Shown here piece by piece: positions 53,126 through 64,000 of a stretch of 64,000 bases of DNA. The stretch is from the human T2T-CHM13v2.0 reference genome, Homo sapiens. Each line of letters opens with the position of its first letter. The stretch's first letter is position 1. The notes beneath the pieces were generated by a model. It was not told where the DNA came from and searched no databases. It saw only the letters and a program-made list of their open reading frames with translations. The stretch lies in NCBI RefSeq assembly GCF_009914755.1, contig NC_060925.1; one strand, written 5' to 3'. Made by a program: the position numbers and the translations under genes.

Positions 53126-54839
53126 GCGTAAAAAATGCTTGATAAACCAATAAGATGCTCTAATAAACAGTGACATTTATTCAAACGAGGAGTAGAGAAC
53201 AAAGTGTGTATTGGTGGGCAGTGTGATGAGGCCTGGAATGTTCATTTCTGCAGTGTTTTCCCAGACTACTACATCTTATTTTTAGAAGCAGCCTGCTACT
53301 CCAAAATGTCTTTTGAAATATTGGTGATGGGGCAGTTTGGTGAGAGGTGAAGAAAATAACATGATTTCAGATAATATTAACAGGAAGTTCATTTATGAAA
53401 AATAAACTTTGGAGAAGAGTTACATATTCATATTACATCTCAAAGCAATAATGATTATATATTTATTTGCAGATGTTGCACAGCATAGCAGAAGCCCATA
53501 GAAGTGGTATGTAAGCTTTCCTATTGATTGTAAATGTTAAGGAAAAAAAAAAGTATGACTACACTATCTCTTTCACATATAACTTACTCAGTTTTTATCT
53601 GATTTCCCCTCCCTTCAAGATTCAGATTAGCATTTCCATTTTTTTTGAACTCTGAGATAGGAATCCTTGACTTTTATACTTGTAAGGCAATCTATCCTAT
53701 CCAGCCCCTTCATCCTTGTGAATATTTGTCCAAATGTCCAAATCATGCACAATCTTAGATTCTGCTTTTCTACTGAGTCCTATTGTGGGCTGCTAAAATA
53801 TTGAGAGTCATCACATCCCAGCAGTTAGCATGAGTGTTGCTGAGAACATAAAATGCCAGCTGCAAGCCCCCTGGCACCAAGGTCTACAACTCTGAGCAGC
53901 AATGCCCAGTGAAATTTTTAGAAGCAGACTCTCTCTGTTCTGTTCTTTCCATTTCATTCAAAAACAGAATTAGTCTTTCTGACCCCTTCATTGTGATGAA
54001 TATTTTCATGTTAAGAGTTCTCATGTTGACACAGAACAGGCAAGGCTCCCCCCATGGTCTCACCACTGGGACCATCTGTGTTTCTGACTGGTGACAACAA
54101 TTCAGAGGCTTGAATGAGCCCCCATTTGCAGAATACATACTAACTTCTGTGCTACATTCTCCAGCTGCCACCTCTGACTTAACTATGGAGGATCATGAGT
54201 GGTGTTGGGCCCAAACGAACCCTCAATGAGAAGAAAGAATTCATAAAGGGTGTGAGAGGCAGGGATCCTCATTTAGCAGCCTCTCTTCCCAAGCTCCCCT
54301 TGGTACTATAAGACATTTCAAAATCACAATTTTTTAACCAATTGTTTGTCACATTTCACAGCTGGCAGATATCTGAGAATTCTGCAATCCAATACCAAAT
54401 GGTGAATTTGCAATATATATTTGAAATTCTATGAACAAATACTTAGACATTGCCTCAAAAAGCAACAGAAAACAATTCTACTTAATGAGCAATTCTGAAC
54501 ACAGTTTGCTGGCCAGCAGTTTTAGATGGCTATTAAAATCTCAATCAAGTTTTCTTTCAAAATCTTAATTATAATCTCCCCGTATGAACTTAAGTAAAAC
54601 AATATGAAAGTGAACCTGTTATGTGCAGTACTGATACTGTTTAAAGCCTATTTAACATCAGTTTTTATAATTTATGATACCATTAGAATATTGAGGTAAA
54701 TCAAAATCCTTTACATTCTGAAGTCAAACTAAAGCTCTATTTAATAATTATTAATTGAACTTAAACTTATAAGTAGCAATGTTGTTGGCCTAATCAATGT
54801 TAATTATCTTTCCTTCTCAAACAGCCTTAATTTTGTTCA

Positions 54840-55340
54840 GTTACCAACCTTACTGAATGGCTATGATCTTCAGGGGAGTCAGGGCCATCTTTTGCCTCAA
54901 GTGATGAATGATTTGTCAGGTCCTGATGGCCCTGATCTGGGGCTAGTGTAGGCCTGGGCATGGCGTGAGATTCTGCCCAATGAAGCATGAAGAGACTTCT
55001 GGTAGGGATGGATGCTTCTGAAATAGGAGTTTATTTCTTTTAAAGGGACTCACAGAATACTTTTTTTAAAGCTAGACATCCTTATGTTTGGATGTGAAGT
55101 TTAGAAAAAGGGCAATCGTTGTGCAATCACGAGGGGAGTCAGCCCAGGGCAGAACAGACACATACTGTAGCAGAGTGGACAGAGAAGAGACACCTGGATC
55201 TTTGACCTATTGTTCAGATATTGAATTAGTCATTTCTGAGCCATCCTAACTTAACACTGCTTGTTATGTGACAGAATAAATTTTCCTAATTGTTTAAATA
55301 TCTAAGTCCGAGTTTTCTGTTATTTGCAGATGAAAGCAAT
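54840..55340 (+). mobile_element. Old MLT1 (J/K/L group) MaLR LTR
   Basis: ggcatggcgtgagattctgcccaatga...cacctggatctttgac...cttgttatgtgacagaataaa..gttttctgttatttgcag. Confidence 0.6.
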
Positions 55341-55443
55341 TTAATCGTTACAAAGACCCTGAACCTGTGAAGTACCATAGAAGATAAAATTTAAAATATA
55401 CAAATAACTATCTATAAATACAAATAATTGCAATGCCATGTTG

Positions 55444-55533
55444 GTAAATGTAGGGATTGACAGTAGGAAGAGAATACCGTAAATGTAGGGATTGACAGTA
55501 GGAAGAGAATACCTTAAATTAGGGACAGTAGGA
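55444..55533. repeat. 35-bp tandem repeat, two perfect copies plus a degenerate third
   Basis: gtaaatgtagggattgacagtaggaagagaatacc at 55444-55478 and 55479-55513. Confidence 0.95.
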
Positions 55534-55685
55534 TGGGGAGAGAGGAAGAAAGTCTTACAAAAGTTGATGTTTTCACATGGCACATGGCTTGAAAGGACAG
55601 GGTTATGTTGATCACAAGCAAAGCTAAACAGAGTGGACACTGGGAATAAGACTCAGAGAAGCAACAAGTGGAAGAGCTTTACAGG

Positions 55686-55820
55686 TAGGGCCATCATGTA
55701 ATTTATCATTCAAACTACTATTTTTGAATGTGAAATGGGAGGATTAATAATATTAATACCAAGACAAAAGAAATAATCCAGAACTGACCCAGGGAAACCA
55801 GGACATAGGGTTGACACAAT
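55686..55820 (+). mobile_element. MER94-like hAT-Blackjack DNA transposon
   Basis: taggg..cat.taatttatc.t.caaac...attaataat...gacccagggaaaccaggacata. Confidence 0.55.
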
Positions 55821-58734
55821 TATAGTGCAAAGAAGAATATAAATGGAGTCTCAGAGGAGGGGAAGTATAGAATGTACTTGAAGAACAGCAAGTGGGCCCA
55901 CTTGGCTGGCATGCAGACTAGATACAGGGGCCTAATGGGACATTATCCTGGGACCATGATGTAAATGGTTTAAGATCCAAGTGAGGTGCCGGTACTTAAT
56001 TTTGTTCACAGTGGGAGGCCATAAAATTTCTGGGCAGGGGAGGGGTGGGGTCAGACCTATGCTGCAGGAAAATCAATCCCGAAAAAGGCAGCGGAGACTG
56101 GAGAGAGGAGGTAGAAAGCCCAGGAAGCGTCTGGTGTAGTAAATCCTTTCCGGGTAGTGAACCATGCTTAAAGCCGCGGGAAAGCAAAAGGGCACATGCA
56201 AATAATGAGGAGAAAAGAGCAAAGGGAAAGGAAGGCTCCAAAGTCCATTTTTAGATCACTTACACTTGGGGAGTGGGCAATAAAGAGAAGCAAACAAAGG
56301 ACACTGGGCAGAAGTGTCAGCAAGTAGAGAAGAAAATTATCATGCCATGAAAACCAGAGGGGACAGACTTTCAAGACAGGGGTCCTCGATCAGCCACATT
56401 CAGTGTCACAAAGAAGTAAGAGAAGTAAATGTTCAAGCAAGGAGGTTGTCATTGGTGACCTCTGAGAAAAAGCTTGACAGTAATGAAAGCACAAAACTTT
56501 TTCACATTGCCTTTGCCTTTCAGAAAACTTTGTTAGTTAAGTCAATGGAAGAATTCTCCACACACACAGCAAATCTGACATTATATGACCTGGCAATGGG
56601 TTTGACTTAAATGATGAAATCAATTAGGTGAGGAGTAGAAAATAGAAGAAACTCTGAAATGGATCACAGGTCCTTCATCCTGTTTCATTCTTAGCTCTGT
56701 CCCACCATCCCCACTCTCTTCACGAAGTCATAGGTGCTTAAATATATTTCTTTTCCCTTGCTCCCTAAACTCTCTCTGATCTCTGAAAACTCTGATCTGA
56801 GGCAGGAGAAAGTTATAGAGCTATAATCCAAGCTGTGATTCAGTATCAAGTCTCCTCTGCTAATTCAGGTTGCATATTCTGGCCTATATTTGATAACAAG
56901 ATGTATGCATTATTCCTGAAATGCAATTTCTACTTTGTACCTGAATTCCATTAGCAGATCCCTATTCCTGAGTTTTCGCTTTGATCACTTACTTTGCACC
57001 TCAGTTGCTCTAAGGCTGGGACTGTCTGGGACTGTGATTCCTGTCTGTCTTACAGGCAGTGAAGTTTTGCTGCTAAACCCTATATGGTGGCTAAGGCACT
57101 GTTCTCTTACTTAGCAACAGGTTTTCTTAACACCCATCTGCTCCTAGATTCCTGGGAGCTATGTTCTACCCACCTACGAGGACATGTCACTGCTCCCCAC
57201 AAGACCTCCCTGATGCAGCCTCTTTTGTAACTATTCCTTTCAGAGATCATGTTCTGTTGCAGGACCAGATGCCCAGAGAATCGTCAGGAGAGTCTACCCT
57301 TCTATGCCTTGACTGCGTCCGTGCCTCAAATGTTTCCACACCCTAGTTCTTGCTGACTTAATTCATCTCATTGGTTTATAGAGTAGGACTCTGCCTCACC
57401 CTGTCCTGATGCATAATAGGTTTTTGTGTCCAATCCCTTCTTTGCATAAAGTATTCAGGCATGTGGTAACACTTGTAAATTGGAACCAGAGGAAAACAGA
57501 TTTTGCATTGTTCTCTTCCATTGACAGAAATCACGGCATGTGATTCATGTCCTTGGAGATGTACAGGAAGCAGGGAGAAGCACTGATCCATGCATACAGA
57601 TGAAGCCTTTTGAGGTTTCAGCGGAATATTTGTTGCCAATATTTGCAGTACAAATAAAGTTGTCAACAGAAGTACAAATATAACCTACATGTTATTTGGA
57701 GATTGCAAAGCACTGACTTCTTTCAATATCTATCCTACCTGATCTGATGCCTCTGACAATTATGCATAAATACAGACATAAGCTTCCCCTGATAGGAGTA
57801 TTTACCTGGAAAAAGGGTCGGCTGGGACCCATACACATGAACATACTTTGTACCTTTAAGAAAAGTCAAGGAAGAGGGGGACACTTCCCGATTTCCAGCA
57901 AATCGGGATATCTCGACCCAAGCTCTACCGAACCAACAAGGAATAAATAATATGTCCTGTTGAGGGTAGTGGTGAACAACATATGTTAATATTTGTAATC
58001 TTCTTGCACAATTTTCCCACTAATGTGAGATCGTTGAGGACTTCCTTTTCATTATTGGATCCCACGCCTAGCAAGCTGCCTGGCATGTAATATATATATA
58101 CTAAGAGTTTATTAATGAATACATATGTTAAATGGACTGTGATAGAGTCAAGGCAGTTGTGGTTCCAGGGAATAGACAGGCCCTGCAATCTGTAAGGCAC
58201 GTGCTGAAGATGAGATCATCCTACTAAAAAGTAAAAAAAAAAAAAAAAAAAAAAGCCTAAATGATGCCATGAATAACCTTTCTCAAACAACTTTTTTTTT
58301 AACATATAAAATGAGCTAACAAAAGGAAGAGGAGTTGGGGAGAGAATCCACACATAGTAATGAATCTTTTCCTCTCACAGTGAGATACATGAAAGGGAAA
58401 TCTGTAATATGCCTTGATTCAAGTTTAAGCTTCAAAAATGTTCTAATATTTTCACATCCTTCTCTATGTCCTAACATTGATGAAAAAGTGTTTTTACAAA
58501 AAGGTGATGTAAAAATCATGTTTGAAACAGGTACTGTAAACCAAGCATTTGAGAAAATGGCTTTAAAAATCTATTCAGATATATCTTCTAAAGTACAGAT
58601 CAAAATAGTGCATATCAATTCAATGGTATTTCCTAAACCCACAGAAAAAGTAGACTAGGAAACCACCAAGTTTCTTTAATTAGCCAGAAAAAAAATCTAG
58701 ATCTGCCCTGTCTGATGAAACTGCCAATTGCCTT

Positions 58735-59020
58735 GAACACTTGGTGACTGAGCACCAGAAAGGTGGCTAATCCAGATTGAGGTGTGCTGTAAGTGCAAAA
58801 TTCAGACTAGATTTCGAAGACTTAGTACAAAAACGATAACTTATTAATAAAAATAAAAAATAACTTATTAATAAGTGTGTATATTGATTACATGTTAGAA
58901 TATTTTGCATATATAGAGTTAGTAAAATAAATTATCAAAATTAATTTCACCTATTTCTTTTTTAAAATGTGGCTACTAGAAAATTTAAAATATGGTTCAC
59001 ATTGTATTTCTATTGAGTAT
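58735..59020 (-). mobile_element. MER33 hAT-Charlie DNA transposon
   Basis: attgaggtgtgctgtaagtgcaaaa..gatttcgaagacttagtac...aaaattaatttcacct..aatgtggctactagaaaatttaaaa. Confidence 0.8.
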
Positions 59021-59749
59021 CGTGTGTCCAGATTCTCTTCTCATGTCCCCTGGCCCATCATAGCAGCAGATAATTGCTCCACAATAATAATTGCTCAATA
59101 GGTCCCAGGTTTAAAAAGAGCCAGAGTGGAGGAGACAGCTGCATAGGTATCATGGATATAGATTTTTGAGGCCTCTTTTGGCAGGCACATCTGATTGATA
59201 TTCTAGTTGAAATATAAATATGAGCAGAACTTTTAGATAAATTTCATCTTGTTTCTTTATTCCAGTGACTTGGTCTTTAAAAGATAAAATGCCATATGAT
59301 GGAGACTCCACCAGGCAACTGGGCATACATTTGTGGATGGAGTAAATAAATACATGTGAAACTCTAGTGTATTCGATGGGCATTTTAATCAATTGTCCTA
59401 ATATTTTTCATGTTCCTGAATTAGATGCAGCTTAAACATGTCAATCACATCTGAGGTCTAATCTGTAACAATTCATGATCCATTATTCCCATATATTCTG
59501 TAATAACTAAAACAAACAGATCACAATGGAGTCAACTCACAAAATTTGTTCCTTATTTTTTTCTCCCATCTTCCTGCCCCAAAGCAATGTTCTCATTGGT
59601 TCTATGAATGTATGCTAATATATCTAGAATTTCTAACCTGTTTTTCTTATTATGACTATTTGCTTTTGATCTAGGATGCTATGATGCTTAGATAATAAGC
59701 AAAAAAGACCATCATGTTTTTATTGACACAAGTTATTTGAAGGCAGCAA

Positions 59750-59783
59750 GTTCAATACATTCTTCCCTGTGAATGTATTGAAC
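59750..59783. repeat. Perfect 13-bp inverted repeat, 8-nt spacer
   Basis: gttcaatacattc-ttccctgt-gaatgtattgaac. Confidence 0.85.
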
Positions 59784-62700
59784 CTTATCTGGTTCCTCAT
59801 GCTGACATTTGAACATACCTTCTTCCTGGTATGTTTTTATTCAGGTTAATTTCTCTATACATGGTGAACCTAACATTTGCTTGGAAGAAAGGTTTATCTT
59901 CTGGTAGAGAACTAGCCTCTGACCCAGAGAAGGCTCTTAAGGAGCATTCACATCATCTATAGTAAATACATATACTATAGTAAATGGCGCTTTAGAAAAG
60001 AAGGTTTTCAATCAGTCTTACAAACCAGTAACCAAAGAAAACAAATAATAATGGCATGGTAGAATATCAAGAATGCTAACTTTTTCAAAATGTCCATGCG
60101 TAATCAAATCAAACTACCTCTGGTGGTATAGCTATGAAATAATCATGAATGTGACTTTAGATAAAAGTCGTAAAATCTTTTACTTGCTCCAAATTTTGTC
60201 TGTCAAATGCAAGAGGAGAAAAGTAGAAATGATTTTTAATTCCTCTGGCATCGACAATGATTACATTTGACAATGAATTCTTGACTCTATCTTTGTATCA
60301 CTAGACCTCTGCCCAGTTCCTCACATAGAGAAGAAAATCAACTAATGATTGCTAAAGAAGGAAAGAAGGAATGAAGGAAGACAGGGAGGGAGGGGTGCTA
60401 CATTTTCAATTGTATATTTCAATTGTTCAAATAATGCTACATTTTCAATTGGTCTCGCAGTCTTTGATTTTCACATAGAATTTTTATCCCATCTTCAATC
60501 TTCTTCTCCATTAATGATGGTTCGATGTTGCATTGGGATTTGTTTCAGCTACATGTAAATTATTGCTCTCTTCACGTGTTCATAACTCTCTTTCTCTTTC
60601 TACAAATTCCTCAATACTATAAAACAGACTAAGTAGAAGAAACATGCTCCTTGTCTTCAAAACTCCCCATGGACCCCTGGAACACATCTTTTGCCATTAC
60701 TGGAGAGTGAGAGAAAGAGAATGAATTTTGAAGCCAGGCAAAACTGGTTTCAAATTACTTAACTTTATGCAGATTACATGATGGTTTTTTAATCTGTTTC
60801 TTCTTCTGCAAAAGGGTAATGATAATGCAAAATGACAGATCTGTTGTGAAAATTAAATCAGCTCCCCCCACCAGAAAAATTAAGATGTTCAAAAGCATTA
60901 GCTTCTATACAATGAACACATACCATAAGGAAACTGAGAATCAATGAGGTCAAATAATTCATTCCATATTACAAGAATTAGTAGAACCAAGACTCAAACA
61001 CAGGCATGTCTGATTCTAAATCTCTCTCAATGAATTATTAGTTATCTTTCCTTCCCAACCAAATCCAAATACACCTGACAGGATGACATGAAAACATCCT
61101 GTCATTGAGTTGCTAAAACGCATGTTCTCAGAGAAGGCTTCTCTATATCCTGAGTTCAAATTGATTATTTTCTTCACTGGGCTACCCAGCATTTCACCTG
61201 ATACTCATTTATACGTAAAACAGTGACTGAGTACCTCCCAGGTCCCAGGCATTCTTCTAGGTACTGGAGTGAATTTTTGAAAGTTTAGCTTCTCATTTAG
61301 GTTATTTCTGTATGATTTTTATGTTGACTGTAAACTTCCTGAGGTCAGAAGAGCCCTTCTAATTTCTTCAGAGCAGTTTTCTTGTTCTTTACTCACTGCA
61401 AAGTACTTAACAAAGGTTTAAAAATGCCAGGGTTATGTTCTAATTTAAGCTCTGCTACTGTTTTGGTTGCATGACTGTGAGCAAGTCTAATTTTTTAAGC
61501 CTCAGTTTTATCATCTCTAAATGACTGCAATATCCATGCCATTTGATTATTGTGAGCTATTCTCTAAGTGATAGAGCCTATACAAACGTAAGGGGCTATG
61601 TTGTTGCTATTATAGACATCACATTATTATTTAATATATGAATGCTAGGATGAATGTTCTGCACTTAGCTTCTGTATTAGCAAATGTAAGGTCAGATTGT
61701 TTGGTTCCATATCAAGGCTTTCATAATTATATTACCTCACATCTGTTGCTCAGACTCTCCTTAGAATCAATTTCTGGTCCCAGGTTGCAGATTTCTGCCT
61801 CCTGCGATGGATTTCTGGCCTCCAACTGCTGGTAATCTGATGTGGGGCTGCCAAGCTCTGCAACCCAGATCGTGTGCCTGGGATCTCATCTCACCACCAT
61901 GTTCTATACTTTTCCCTCTCTTGACTTTGAATCTGACCAGCCTGCCTCATCTTACTAAGGTATCTTTTCTCAAATTCACCACATCTTTGCTTCTTCCAGA
62001 CTGCCATGCTCTGCCTTGCCTCTCAGCATCCTGGTTCCAGGCTGCCCTCATATCCGTAACTCTGGCTCAGCACTGCTCTCTCATGTCTAAGTGACCCTCT
62101 ATTAGAGCTATCTTTCTGATGCCTGACTGCCTGCCCATAATCCAAGAAGCCATCTTTATCTTGGTTTTCCTGGTCCTAAATGCACTACTGGTTTCTGTGG
62201 CAGTCTCTATAACCAAACCCACCTCAGGCATCAGGGATGCTCTAGACCCTTTTTCTCCTGAAAGAAGCAACAAAATATTGTGATCTGTCTGAATCTTCAG
62301 TTTCCTTCTTCCTATGCCCAGGTTTTGTGGCTTGACCTGCCTATATACTGCCAAAGCTTTTACTACTTTTGTTCCTCATAGTGTGTTCTTGCCATGCCAT
62401 TAACATGACTGCTTTTACCTGCTTCCTTTGCAAACTTTTATGTGTTTTCTCTTTCAAACTCCTTTAAGTTCTCTCTCATAAGCGAAAGAAGTCAAGACTC
62501 TAGTACACTCATATCATAAAACTTATGCAAATCCAATTAATCCAATCAAAACTTATTTGTGTAAAAGCCTGTCTTATGTGCTCTTTGAAGTCATTTCCCA
62601 TGAATGGAAATCTTAATTAGATGACTAAATTTAGAAGGATAGTGCATCTTGCAAGAAAACCAAGCACATTTAATCCTTAATAGTATAAACTGGAAAAACC

Positions 62701-64000
62701 TGAGTTTTACCTACCAGGAATAGTACTGTTCGACTTCACATTAATTACAATCAGTGTTTTTCTGAAAGAACTGCAGTATCATATCCTCAAATTTATAGAG
62801 CAATATATAGGTGTATATGTTACACTTTAATTTTCAATTTATAGTGAGAAGATTGAAGACATGTATTATACAGGTGAACACACCTGTTATGCAATTTAGA
62901 AAATACAAGTCAAGGTGAATTAATTATAGAAGCAAAACATAGAAAGAGAAATAAAAATAAACTTGCCAAGTTGAATTTTAATTCTATATTTCCAACACAA
63001 ACTTTCATAATTGCACAAATATTTATCTTTTAGCATTGTCCATGATGCAAATAACAGTTTAACATCAGGTAGCATGTTTGTGACAAAAGTTAACTTCTTA
63101 GTAACCATCTAATCAAAAATGCATTTCACAGTATTAATTTTTATTTCAAAGTGAGAAAAACCCAAGAATTCTGCAACACACTTAGCAGCTGAGATCCATG
63201 TGCTAAATATTGCCCTAGATTCCTTAAAACTCTAAACCAATATTATATTTTTTCTCTTTAGTTTACTAAACTAAAATTGGTCACAGAAATAGAATTACTT
63301 GTGCGAGAGAGGTAGATTTAGAGGCCCCATTTTGCAGATAAAGAAAGTGAGGGTAAGATGTTAAATTGTGTATTACAGGTTTACCTCTTCAAGCTGGTAA
63401 AGGAATCTTGACTTCAACCTCTCAGTATCATTGTAATACATTTTTGACTCAACAGCTTTATGTTCTGAACCTAGCTACCTCTGTGCTATACACCTTCCCA
63501 GTCTAGGCATTGTTGTAGTTCCTTCAACCTACCAAGCTTTCTTCAGCCTAAACAACTTTGCATGCTGTTTGCTGAGAACACTCGTCCTTCACTTCCGTGA
63601 CTAGCAACATCACCTCCTCTCAGAAACCTTCTCTTTCATGATTGCCTCTTCCATTTTTCTCACTCCACTCCACCTCATTCCACTTCCAGTTATGCATACC
63701 TCCATCAGGATTAGTTAAAAATATACTAATACAGGGATCCTTTCTTCTATCTCTGACTATCTAGAACCCATTACACACAGACAGACTTGTCCAAGAAACA
63801 CTTGGTAAATGTTTTTAATAACTATATGAAGGAATGAATTACTGAATACTAACTTAAGCATGCTTAAGTCATTGTGCTTTAACACGATTGCTAATAGGCC
63901 ATTTCATTTTGAACCCATATGATAAGGGGAGAAGCTAATTTGCACTTGTTTGATATTTCACAAATTAGGAAATCCTGAATTTCAATGAACAGTATCTATA

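Overview
Human-type (primate) AT-rich genomic DNA lying entirely inside the minus-strand gene PLPPR5 (LPPR5/PRG5/PAP2D, phospholipid phosphatase-related protein 5). Three coding exons can be placed to the base: 38715-38847, 35173-35423 and 3985-4161. They are probably exons 2-4; the first exon and the 3' exons lie outside the window. The rest is intron packed with interspersed repeats: Alu J/S/Y, L1 3' ends, L2, MIR, MaLR and LTR16 LTRs, a decayed ERVL pro-pol segment, hAT and Tigger DNA transposons, and microsatellites. I see no RNA gene, CRISPR array or microbial system, and I cannot support a wholly new biological system. The best leads are: a 27-bp hairpin and ~118-bp direct repeats around exon 4; several short locally templated duplications; a triple splice-donor cluster or poison-exon candidate in intron 2; an inverted-Alu-flanked, stop-free exon 2-3 unit (circRNA candidate); a (CA)19 tract next to the exon 3 acceptor; and a mosaic AluS/AluY. 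Repeat subfamily names, exon numbers and percent identities come from memory and by-eye alignment.
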